Positions 1 to 10,870 of a stretch of 64,000 nt of DNA are shown here, one piece after another. The notes under the pieces are model-generated. The model did no database searches. It was not told the origin of the DNA and was given only the letters and a program-made list of their open reading frames with translations. Origin of the DNA: Mobula hypostoma (taxonomy: Eukaryota); the NCBI RefSeq assembly GCF_963921235.1, contig NC_086102.1, positions 37,200,001 to 37,264,000 on the forward strand. The letters run 5' to 3'. Position 1 is the first letter of the stretch; each line of letters begins with the position of its first letter. Both the position numbers and the translations under genes were made by a program.

Positions 1-1630
1 TCATCTTCTCCCAGGATCCCTAAGAAAACACCTGTCATGTCTGACCAGTCCTTCAGCATCTCATTAAAAAACAACTGTACTGCAAGTTAGAGAAGTGCCA
101 GTTCACAGCTCAGTCATTTCCTTCCAGGCTTACGTCCTGCCACCCCAAGGCATAACCAAGGACCCACAGAAAGTGCTCACTACAGTTGAATGGCCCTGAC
201 CACACTCCCTCAAACAGCTACAGTGCTTGTTGGCTTTCTCCAACTTCTACTGCCATTTCATCAGGAACTGCAGCCGAGTTGCTGATCCTCTCACCTTCCT
301 CACCAATTCCCTTCCTCATGGATAACCTGGCCTGTTGCCATGGACCACGTTTTTGAAGTCAAGGGATGCTTCACCACTACTCCTGATCTTCACCACCCAG
401 ACCTCACGTGGTAGAAGTAGATGGATCTGACATGGCGTCGGGGTCATCCTTTCCCAGCGAGGACCAGATGGGAAGACATCCCTTGTGACTTCTTCTCGTG
501 CAAGTTGAACTCTACACAGTGCCTTTATAGAGTAGGAGACAGGGAGGTACTTGCCATTAAGTGGGCCTTGGAAGAATAGAGACATTGGCTGAAAGGAAAT
601 ACTTAACCTCTTCACTGATCACCAGAACCTATATCTACACAAAAAACTCGCCAACTCAATTCATGTCAGGCTCACTGGGCCCTCCACTTCAAGCAGTTTG
701 GCCCAGCTGAAATTTAGATTGGCTCTCAGTGTAGTAGTCCATACTTGCTGATCCGGACCCAGAACACCTGGTAGATCCACCAGACGCTACAGCGTGAGCC
801 TGCTCTGTCCACAACCACATGACTGTGGTGATGGCAGTGTGGTCTGATGCATTCCAGAGGGCTCACACCTCAAACCCCTCCAGCCTTCAATGAGCCCAGT
901 CCAATTCCTCCAGCCAATGGCCCTCTGGGCTCCTGTGGTCACGAACAGCTGTGGTCCTACATCTCCATAGATTTCATCACTGGTTTGCCGACTTCTGATG
1001 GGGACATGGTGATCATGATGGTGGTGGACTGGTTCTCTAAGTATCCAGCTTCATTGTCCTCTCCAACCCCCCGTCAGCCATTGAGATGGTGGACTTGGTT
1101 CTGCAATGTGTAGTTCATCTCCACTATTTCCCTGAGGACATATTGTCTGACCAGGGCTCACAATTTGTCCCCTGCTTCCAGCAAGCCTTTGGCTCCCACC
1201 TCCACACCTCACTGAGTTTGTCCTATGGTTATCAGCAGCTGCAGACCAATGATCAGTCAGAAAAAGCCAATCTGCAAATGGAGAGGTTTCTGCAATGCTT
1301 TGCTGCCTCAAACCCTTCCACGTGGAAGAAGCATTGATTCTGGGCCGAACTGTCCCACAACCTACACACCTCCACTGCCAGGGTAATCACCGGTTGAAGT
1401 TCTTCAAGACTACCAACCCCTACTCTTTCCCCACAGAGGAACACCGGTGAAAGTCCAGTCTTCCAGGGCCATTGTTTGCCACTGCCAGAATGCTTCAGAG
1501 GGAACAGAGGGCAATCCTAGCTGCCAACCACACCTACTGCTTCCAGGCCAACCACCCGTGGAGCCCAGCCAGACTATTCCAGCCTGGGAACCGTGTCTGA
1601 TTGAGCACCCAAAATAATCCACTCTTCATA
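1..1630 (+). mobile_element. Gypsy LTR retrotransposon A (sushi/Tf2-like): decayed pol (RT connection, RNase H, integrase core), runs off the window start
   Basis: Broken frames give VGDREVLAIKWALEE*RHWLKG and FTDHQNL (RNase H), WSYISIDFITGLPTSDGDMVIMMVVDWFSKY and ILSDQGSQF (integrase core), and PGNRV*LSTQNNPL (start of GPY/F region). Many stops and frameshifts. Confidence 0.85.
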
Positions 1631-1673
1631 AACTGTGAGCACCAGGTGATACTACTCATTAAAAAAATCAGAA

Positions 1674-2867
1674 ACGGCTGGCTATAAAGAAAAAATTAAT
1701 GACTTTGGTTGCACAAAGGGTAAAAAGCTTATGTATACTGAGCTATTCAGACAGTATTTTGAAATAATCCAACAAGAAACGAGTGCTAATTTTGCTAAGT
1801 GTATTAGGTTTAAAGGTGTTCAGTTTGCTTCGAAGTTTGACTGCCCCAACCAAACCGTTAGAAATGAGCTTGTAAAAAGTGATGCTGGAACACCTAGAAC
1901 AAAAGCCATTGTTAATTGTAGAACACTTTACGCTTCATGAGCAGAATCAAAGAGTAGGGGCCTCCATTCCAGCGTACATGGCTGAATTGAAGAGATTGGT
2001 GAACATCGTCAGTTTCTTAATAGTCTTAATGATACACTGAGAGATCATTTAGTTTGTGGAATCTTAAAAGAAAGCATTCAAAAACAACTCATAACTGAAG
2101 AACAGGTTACACTCAAATGAGTAATGGAAACCGCAGATGGAGATGCAATTGAGTTGCAGTCAGGAATGAAAGTGTGTGTGGCTAGAAATGCAGCGTCCAA
2201 ACTGAAACCAGCCTGGCTGAACAAATTGTGTTACCATTGCAAAAGGGGTCACATTCATTAAACAAATGCAGATTTAAAAGCGAAACTTACGCAAAATGAA
2301 ACAAAGTAGGACATGTACAAAGAATAAAATGAATGGTCTGCTCAGGGAAGAGAAAAAGATAAAACATCAAGTTGCAATTTCAAAAAGAGCACGATCTGTA
2401 TACTGTTGATGAAAAATCTGATAATGATGAGAGTGACATAGGATTGCGTAGCCTTGAGATTTGCAGTTTGAAAACTAACAGACCAGCAATATGGCCTGCA
2501 CCGGAAGTGCATGGAAAATTAATTAAAATGGAATTGGACACTGGCTCAGCTGTTTCAGACATTCCACAATATGAGTTTCAAAAAGCATTTCAAAGATACT
2601 AAACTGAAGCCTGCAGTTATTCAACTGAGAACTTGTACTGGAGAAAAGATAACTTCTGTGGGAATGACATTCGTGACTGTGAAATACAACAACCAACAAG
2701 CCACATTGTGCTTGTATGTGGTGAAAACAGAAGGTCCAGCACTCTGGGGACCTGATTGGCTGAGACAACTACAACTTGATTGGAGATCTATTAACCATTT
2801 GCATGCCAAATCCCCTGCAATGAAGTCAACTGAAAGTGAACAAAGAAAGGAGCTGGATGATGCCACA
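1674..2867 (+). pseudogene. Decayed gag (capsid-like and Zn-knuckle remnants) and aspartic protease of Gypsy B
   Basis: ACG-mutated start in frame with ORF 1731 (YTELFRQYF). AYMAELKRL...LNDTLRDHLVCGI remnant at about 1970-2065. Cys/His knuckle remnant at about 2230-2320. Protease active site IKMELDTGSAVS (DTG at 2537-2545). Frameshift near 2580, then KLKPAVIQLRTCTGEKI...ALWGPDWLRQLQLDW. Confidence 0.82.
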
Positions 2868-3405
2868 ACTGTCTCCATGCCGAACATCATGAACCACTGC
2901 CCAGCAGAGGACAAACATGTATTGGTGTCAGCCTCTGTGCCTCTGGTTGGGAAGCATATTGGACCAAGGAAGGACCATGCTGCTTAGAGGAATCATGCAA
3001 GTGAAGAAAGTCGTGGTCTGCCTACAACAGTTTTTGTTGGCAACATATCTGAGAAAGCTTCTGATATGTTAATCAGGCAGTTACTTGTGAAATGTGACTT
3101 GGTCTTAAGCTGGAAGAGAGTTCAAGGAGCTTCAGGAAAGCTGCAAGCATTCAGCTTCTGTGAGTATAAACAACCAGAATCTACTCTGCGTGCTCTAAGG
3201 TTAACGCATGAACTTCAAGTGGGAGACAAAAAGCTGCTTGTAAAAGTAAATGCAAAGACCAAAGCCCAGCTGGATGAATGGAAGGCCAAAAAAGTGACAG
3301 GTGTCAATGGAAATACAAAACAAGATGATTCGTCAGATGATGTTGTGGATGAGGAAAGCAAGAAGAGAGATCAGATCATAAAGCGAGCAATAGAAGGATT
3401 AATAA
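2868..3405 (+). pseudogene. RBM25: RBM25 retro-fragment part 1 (N-terminal linker and RRM), intronless, one in-frame stop at 2985-2987
   Basis: One frame reads VLVSASVPLVGKHIGPRKDHAA*...PTTVFVGNISEKASDMLIRQLLVKCDLVLSWKRVQGASGKLQAFSFCEYKQPESTLRALRLTHELQVGDKKLLVKVNAKTKAQLDEWKAKK...DEESKKRDQIIKRAIEGLI. This matches vertebrate RBM25 as I recall it (TTVFVGNISEKASDMLIRQLLAKCGLVLSWKRVQGASGKLQAFGFCEYKEPESTLRALRLL...). The RNP1 Gly is changed to Ser. Confidence 0.93.
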
Positions 3406-6400
3406 TCTCGGGATTACTGCCTGTGCCACGCGACAGTGAGAGTAGGAATGCGATGAGGTGGAGGATAAATGCGTGGCTGAGGGATTGGAGCAGGGGGCAG
3501 GGATTCAAGTTTTTGGATCATTGGGACCTCTTCTGGGGCAGGCGTGACCTGTACAAAAAGGACGAGTTACACTTGAATCCTAGGGGGACCAATATCCTGG
3601 CAGGGAGATTAGCGGGGGCTACTGAGGTGACTTTAAACTAGAATGTTTGCGGGGTAGGAATCAAATTAAAGAGGCTAGGCGTGAGGAGGTTAGTTCACAA
3701 CAGAGGGATGGGAACCAGTGCAGAGAGACAGAGGGGTGTAAAGTGAGGGTAGAAGCAAAAAGTACAGAGGAGAAAAGTAAAAGTGGCAGGCTGACAAATC
3801 CAGGGCAAGCATTAAAAAGGGCCACTTTTCAACATAATTGTATAAGGGCTAAGAGAGTTGTAAAAGAGCGCCTGAAGGCTTTATGTGTCAATGCAAGGAG
3901 CATTCGTAATAAGGTGGATGAATTGAAAGTGCAGATTGTTATTAATGATTATGATATAGTTGGGATCACAGAGACATGGCTCCAGGGTGACCAGGGATGG
4001 GAGATCAACGTTCAGGGATATTCAATATTCAGGAGGGATAGACATGAAGGAAGAGGAGGTGGGGTGGCGTTGCTGGTTAAAGAAGAGATTAACGCAATAG
4101 AAAGGAAGGACATAAGCCAGGAAGATGTGGAATCGATATGGGTAGAGCTGCGTAACACTAAGGGGCAGAAGACGCTGGTGGGAGTTGTGTACAGGCCACC
4201 TAACAGTAGTAGTGAGGTCGGAGATGGTATTAAACAGGAAATTAGAAATGTGTGCAATAAAGGAACAGCAGTTATAATGGGTGACTTCAATCTACATGTA
4301 GACTGGGTGAACCAAATTGGTAAAGGTGCTCAGGAAGAGGATTTCTTGGAATGTATGCGGGATGGTTTTTTGAACCAACATGTCGAGGAACCAACTAGAG
4401 AGCAGGCTATTCTGGACTGGGTTTTGAGCAATGAGGAAGGGTTAATTAGCGATCTTGTCGTGAGAGGCCCCTTGGGTAAGAGTGACCATAATATGGTGGA
4501 ATTCTTCATTAATATGGAGAGTGAGATAGTTAATTCAGAAACAAAGGTTCTGAACTTAAAGAGGGGTAACTTTGAAGGTATGAGACGTGAATTAGCTAAG
4601 ATAGACTGGCAAATGACACTTAAAGGATTGACAGTGGATATGCAATGGCAAGCATTTAAAGGTTGCATGGATGAACTACAACAATTGTTCATCCCAGTTT
4701 GGCAAAAGAATAAATCAAGGAAGGTAGTGCACCCGTGGCTGACAAGAGAAATTAGGGATAGTATCAATTCCAAAGAAGTAGCATACAAATTAGCCAGAGA
4801 AAGTGGCTCACCTGAGGACTGGGAGAAATTCAGATTTCAGCAGAGGAGGACAAAAAGCTTAATTAGGAAGGGGAAAAAAGATTATGAGAGAAAACTGGCG
4901 GGGAACATAAAAACGGACTGTAAAAGCTTTTATAGATATGTAAAAAGGAAAAGACTGGTAAAGACAAATGTAGGTCCCCTGCAGACAGAAACAGGTGAAT
5001 TGATTATGGGGAGCAAGGACATGGCAGACCAATTGAATAATTACTTTGGTTCTGTCTTCACTAAGGAGGACATAAATAATCTTCCAGAAATAGTAAGGGA
5101 CAGAGGGTCCAGTGAGATGGAGGAACTGAGTGAAATACATGTTAGTAGGGAAGTGGTGTTAGGTAAATTGAAGGGATTGAAGGCAGATAAATCCCCAGGG
5201 CCAGATGGTCTGCATCCCAGAGTGCTTAAGGAAGTAGCCCAAGAAATAGTGGATGCATTAGTGATAATTTTTCAAAACTCGTTAGATTCTGGACTAGTTC
5301 CTGAGGATTGGAGGGTGGCTAATATAACCCCACTTTTTAAAAAAGGAGGGAGAGAGAAACCGTGGAATTATAGACCGGTTAGCCTAACGTCGGTGGTGGG
5401 GAAACTGCTGGAGTCAGTTATCAAGGATGTGATAACAGCACATTTGGAAAGCAGTGAAATGATCGGACAAAGTCAGCATGGATTTGTGAAAGGAAAATCA
5501 TGTCTGACGAATCTCATAGAATTTTTTGAGGATGTAACTAGTAGAGTGGATAGGGGAGAACCAGTGGATGTGGTATATTTGGATTTTCAAAAGGCTTTTG
5601 ACAAGGTCCCACACAGGAGATTAGTGTGCAAACTTAAAGCACACGGTATTGGGGGTAAGGTATTGGTGTGGGTGGAGAATTAGTTAGCAGACAGGAAGCA
5701 AAGAGTGGGAATAAACAGGACCTTTTCAGAATGGCAGGCGGTGACTAGTGGGGTACCGCAAGGCTCAGTGCTGGGACCCCAGTTGTTTACAATATATATT
5801 AATGACTTGGATGAGGGAATTAAATGCAGCATCTCCAAGTTTGCGGATGACACGAAGCTGGGTGGCAGTGTTAGCAGTGAGGAGGATGCTAAGAGGATGC
5901 AGGGTGACTTGGACAGGTTGGGTGAGTGGGCAAACTCATGGCAGATGCAATTTAATGTGGATAAATGTGAAGTTATCCACTTTGGTGGCAAAAATAGGAA
6001 AACAGATTATTATCTGAATGGTGACCGATTAGGAAAAAGGGAGGTGCAACGAGACCTGGGTGTCATTATACACCAGTCATTGAAAGTGGGCATGCAGGTA
6101 CAGCAGACGGTGAAAAAGGCGAATGGTATGCTGGCATTTATAGCGAGAGGATTCGAGTACAGGAGCAGGGAGGTACTACTGCAGTTGTACAAGGCCTTGG
6201 TGAGACCACACCTGGAGTATTGTGTGCAGTTTTGGTCCCCTAACCTGAGGAAAGACATCTTTGCCATAGAGGGAGTACAAAGAAGGTTCACCAGATTGAT
6301 TCCTGGGATGGCAGGACTTTCATATGAAGAAAGACTGGATGAACTGGGCTTGTACTCGTTGGAATTTAGAAGATTGAGGGGGGATCTGATTGAAACATAT

Positions 6401-6776
6401 AAGATCCTAAAGGGATTGGACAGGCTAGATGCAGGAAGATTGTTCCCAACGTTGGGGAAGTCCAGAACGAGGGGTCACAGTTTGAGGATAGAGGGGAAGC
6501 CTTTTAGGACTGAGATTAGGAAAAACTTCTTCACACAGAGAGTGGTGAATCTGTGGAATTCTCTGCAACAGGAAACTGTTGAGGCCAGTTCATTGGCTAT
6601 GTTTAAGAGGGAGTTAGATATGGCCCTTGTGGCTACAGGGGTCAGAGGGTATGGAGGGAAGGCTGGGGCGGGTTTCTGAGTTGGATGATCAGCCATGATC
6701 ATAATAAATGGCGGTGCAGGCTCGAAGGGCCGAATGGCCTACTCCTGCACCTATTTTCTATGTTTCTATGTTTCTA
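3406..6776 (+). mobile_element. Young CR1 LINE copy 1, 5'-truncated within ORF1, TSD TAATAA
   Basis: ORF1 C-terminus ISGLLPVPR...FLDHWDLFWG...LHLNPRGTNILA (esterase-like) to 3641. ORF2 with APE endonuclease and RT. 3' tail (TTTCTATG)n. TAATAA at 3400-3405 and 6777-6782. Confidence 0.97.
3647..6679 (+). pseudogene. CR1 ORF2 (endonuclease and reverse transcriptase) with a single nonsense codon at 5681-5683
   Basis: ORFs 3647-5683 and 5705-6679 are in the same frame. Motifs NARSI, GITETW, MGDFN, SDHN, YRPVSLTS, LDFQKAFDKV, QGSVLGP, KFADDTKL. Copy 3 has TGG where this copy has TAG. Confidence 0.95.
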
Positions 6777-6782
6777 TAATAA

Positions 6783-6960
6783 GAGAATGTTTCAGTGAAC
6801 TAAATACTCCTTCCTAAGATCAAGATGCACAAACTAGAAGAAGAAAAAGGAGGAGGAGATGGAGAGAAAGAATGTGAACAAGAAAGAGAAAGGTGTGAAC
6901 GAGAGAAGGAATATGAGAAAGAAAAGGAAAGGGATCGAAGTAGATCCAGAGAGAGAAAAG
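6783..6960 (+). pseudogene. RBM25: RBM25 retro-fragment part 2 (post-RRM linker and Arg/Glu-rich region)
   Basis: Removing the CR1 and one TSD copy restores LIRECFSELNTPS*DQDAQTRRRK (RBM25 recalled as LIREYSSELNAPSQESDSHPRKKK). It is followed in another frame by EKECEQERERCEREKEYEKEKERDRSRSRER. The 3' end is approximate. Confidence 0.8.
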
Positions 6961-7295
6961 GAGAAAAAAATGTGTCAAGGGCCGTCAAAAACACTTCCTG
7001 CAGTATAAGAGTCAAATCTTACAATCACGACAAAGGAGGCCCCAGAACCAGAGATTGTTTTCACAGCTATAAGCCTTATCTGGTAACCAGAGTGCTCCCC
7101 CTTGTCAGGAAAGACGTTATCCCACAAGAGTACAAAATCCTCCACAGAGATTAAACCTTTAAGCCCGAATGGGACAATTTAAAATTTACTATGCTGCAGA
7201 TGTCTGTGTATAATACGTGTATTATGTAATAAGCTGTGTATTTAATTATGATGCTTTCAGTACTGAGTTGGTGTTTATAGCTAAACAGGGAGGAC

Positions 7296-7493
7296 TGTTG
7301 TGTATTTAATATTTCAATAATGTTTGAGTAATCTTGTATATATATTGTTTGGTTAGTTAACTGCACATGTAATCATGCTACCATGTGATACGTGCGTACC
7401 TCGCTTGAAGTAAACTCAAACTACACTCATATTTTCGGACTCCCATGAGTTTCTTTGAATTAGTTTGATGTTTTGAAGTTACAAAACGTAACA
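7296..7493 (+). repeat. 3' LTR of Gypsy B (198 bp)
   Basis: Starts TGTT just after a purine tract and ends AACA. It lies about 135 bp downstream of the integrase-tail stop. Confidence 0.68.
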
Positions 7494-7882
7494 CAGTGGA
7501 CCATCTGGGTAGACCTGGGCTGTCGGGTGCCAGCTGTAAGGGGATAGGAGGGATGTGTCCTGTCAGGCCTGCATAGACAGGCGCCTCCCAGTCTCCACCC
7601 AGCTAACAGGAGTCACCTGCCACACGTTTCCAACTGATCACCTGCAGCCTACTTAAACCCAGCTCTCATCCATAGTCTTTGTTCATCCATCAAGCCAGCT
7701 AGCTTCAACCAATTGCTTTTAGCCTTCAGTTACCTTGTTGCCTCGTCATTAAGTATTCATTCTCTCTTGTTTTGTGGCCCTTTCAAGGCTTGTTATTTTG
7801 CAGTTTATTATTAAAGCGATCACTCACTGCTAAATTGTTTCTGCTGCTCTGCATTTGGGTCGAGCCTTTACATTCCCTGACA
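7494..7882 (+). mobile_element. 3' end of Gypsy A: integrase C-terminus, PPT and 322-bp LTR (7561-7882)
   Basis: DHLGRPGLSGASCKG resembles the GPSGA..GG end of sushi-type integrases. Purine tract AAGGGGATAGGAGGGA at about 7538-7553. LTR bounded by perfect 7-bp inverted termini TGTCAGG...CCTGACA. Confidence 0.68.
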
Positions 7883-8144
7883 GGTTTTATGTGCTACAAA
7901 ACTTTAAATTGATTAAATTATGGTTAATTCTGAAAAATAGTAAAACTGTAGGAGTGACAGTACCTAGTGTTAATATCATGAGTTATAACTGTCAAGAAAC
8001 TGAGGAATACTCAAAGTAGATACTGCCAACACAGGTGCAATAATATTTGATTCATTGTTTAAAAGTAAAAGAAAGTAGCAAAAATATTAAGCTTCAGGGG
8101 GTAGACACTTGTAATAAGAGGAATTACTGGAAGCACTCTGCATG

Positions 8145-10870
8145 TTAGACCATAAGACATAGGAGCAGAATTAGGCCACTCGGCACATCGAGTCTGCTCT
8201 GCCATTCCATTCTGGATGATTTATTATCCATCTCAACCTCATCCTCCTTCTTTCTTTTTCTATCTTTTTATTGGTATCGTAATGATAAAGATGAACATAA
8301 CATAGTAAGCATACAAAGTTATTGGGATTACATTGATGTAATTATCATATATAAATATAAACCCAATTAATACATGGATATTAAACCTCCCAATCTTACA
8401 GGATACAAATATTATATATAGACAAATTAACATGAAAAAGGAAAAAAGAAAAAATATGTATACCCCCCAAAAAACTAATGTAACAAGATGGACCAACTAA
8501 ACTACAGAAAAAAAAGACATGGGCAGTTGTGGAACATTAAAAAAAAGAATCATTAGTGTCGTTGACTCTGCTCCCCTCAACATATACTAAAAAGAAATAG
8601 AGTAGGTTTGGAAAAGGTCAAATTACATCATATGAAAGTATTGAATAAGTGGCCTCCAAGTCTTTTCAAATTTAATAGAGGGATCATAAATAACACTTCT
8701 ATTTTTTTTCTAAATTTAAACACAACATAGTTTGAGAGAACCAATGAAATGTAGTAGGGGGATTGATCTCTTTCCAATTTAGAAAAATGGATCTTCCGGC
8801 CATCAGTGTAAGAAATGCAATCATCCGACAGGCTGAAGATGTTAAATGATTTGGTTCTATCACTGGTAAACCAAAAATTGCAGTAATAGGGTACGGTTGT
8901 AAATCAATACTCAAAACAGTTGAAATAGTATCAAAGATATCTTTCCAGTATTTTTTAAAAAGAAGACATGACCAAAACATACGAGTTAAAAAAGATATCT
9001 CAGAATGACATCTATCACATATAGGATTTATATGACAGTAATAACAAGCTAATTTATCCTTAGACATATGAACCCTATGCACTACTTTAAACTGTAGTAA
9101 CACATGTTTAGCACATATAGAGGATGAATTAACTAATTGAAGAATTTTTTCCCATTTTTCAATAGGTAAAGTAAACGTAAGTTCCCTTTCCCAATCGATC
9201 TTAACTTTAATAGATATGTCCGGATGTATTTTCATAATTATATTATAAATATTTGTTATTACACCTTTCTGAAAAGGATTTAAACCTAAATTTTTTCCAA
9301 AATATCCAATGAATATAAATTTGGGAAGGTAGGAAGAACAGTATTTTAAAAATTTCTAATCTGTAAATATCTAAAGAAATGAGATCTAGGCAAATTGTAT
9401 TTGTTAGATAATTGTTCAAAAGACATGAAACAATTATCCCAAAATAGATCACAAAATCTTAATATACCTTTAGTTTTCCAAACCAAATAGGCTTGATCCA
9501 TGATAGAGGGTTGAAAAAACAAATTAAATATAATAGGACTTGCTAGAATAAATTGATTCAACCCAAAAAATTTCTGAAATTGAAACCATATTCGTAAAGT
9601 GTATTTTACTATTGGGTTAACCATTTGTTTATGCAACTTAGAAAGAGAAAAGGGAAGCGAAGTCCCTAAAATAGAACCCAGTGAAAACCCTTGTAAAGAT
9701 TTACATTCAAGTTTTATCCAATGTGGACTTGAAGTAATGTCCAAGTCCCATGACCAAAATTTTAAATATCAAATATTAATTGCCTAATAATAAAATCTAA
9801 AATTCAACAATGCCAGACACCACCCCCCCGCCCCCGCCTTTTTAAATTTCTGTAAGTATCTCTTACCTATCCTAGGACTTTTATTCTGCATATGTATGAA
9901 GAGAATTGAAGATTTTTTCTAAAATATTAGCAACTAGGTTAGAGAAGGTATTACCTCAAATTACCTTTGTGGACCAGTCTGGACTTATTAAAAACCGTTA
10001 TTCATCTTTTAATATTAGGAGATTAATTAATATTATTTATACTTCATCACTTACTACTCCAGAATGTGTTATTTCACTAGATGCTGAGAAGGCTTTTGAC
10101 AGAGTTGAATGGCTGTATTTATTTACTGTGCTTGAGAAGTTTAATTTTAGCCTAATATTTATATCTTGGATAAAATTGATAAAATTGATATATTATACCC
10201 CTGTAGCTTCAGTTTTTATCAATAATCAAAGATCTCCCATTTTTCATTTATTTCGGGGTCTTAGTCCATTATTATTTGATATTGCCCTTGAACCTTTAGC
10301 AATTGCTATTCAAGATTCACCTGGTATTCTTGGTATTACCCGTGTGAATGAAATACATAAGGTATCATTATATGCAGACGAGTTACTATTATATATCTCT
10401 AACCCTGAGAAATCCATTCCTGCTGTTTTATCCTTGTTGGCTCAGTTTAGTAATTTTTCTGATTATAAATTAAACCTTAATAAGAGTGAACTATTTCCCC
10501 TAAATACGCAGGTTCCAATTTATGGATGCTTAACATGTAAGTTGGTTTCCGATTTCTTTACATACTTAGGGGTTAAAATTACAAAAAAGCATAAGGATTT
10601 ATTTAAGGCTAATTTTTTACCTCTAATTGATCAGATTAAACTTTTGTTTACTATATGGTCACCAATGTCTCTATCATTGATAGGTCGGATTAATGCTATC
10701 AAGACGATTATTTTACTTAAATTTTTATATTTATTTCAAGCGGTGCCAGTTTTTATTCTGAAATCCTTTTTAGACTAGATTGATTCCTCCTGCCTCCTTC
10801 TTGTAATCTTTGACCCCCTGATTAATCAGAAACCTATTAACCTCCACTATGAATATACCCAATGATGAGC
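8145..10870 (-). repeat. Old CR1 3'-UTR fragment (8145-8248 and 10785-10870) split by an L1 insertion
   Basis: ACCATAAGACATAGGAGCAGAATTAGGCC at the left. CCTGCC...AATCAGAAACCTATTAACCTCC resumes at the right, colinear with the CR1 tail at 47930-48100. Confidence 0.6.
8249..10784 (-). mobile_element. 5'-truncated L1-clade LINE with 5' inversion, TSD TCCTCCT
   Basis: 8249-9907 on minus: ORF2 C-terminus (ICDRCHSEISFLTRMFWSC), 3' UTR and A-rich tail. 9907-10784 on plus: RT region (SLDAEKAFDRVEW, SLYADELL). TCCTCCT at 8242-8248 and 10785-10791. Confidence 0.9.

Larger units (their letters stand above)
1633..7493 (+). mobile_element. Gypsy LTR retrotransposon B: gag-protease, pol core replaced by RBM25 fragment, integrase tail, PPT and 3' LTR; 5' LTR not found
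   Basis: gag/PR remnant at 1674-2867. Integrase C-terminal tail QSAPPCQERRYPTRVQNPPQRLNL* at about 7087-7161. Purine tract AAACAGGGAGGA at 7283-7294. LTR TGTT...AACA at 7296-7493. Confidence 0.78.

Noticed and set aside
4012-6702. Many 60-170 aa ORFs antisense to or overlapping CR1 ORF2, repeated at 28719-31727, 50629-52438 and 63523-63750
   Set aside because: These are shadow frames of the CR1 coding sequence that recur with each copy and show no independent domain signal.
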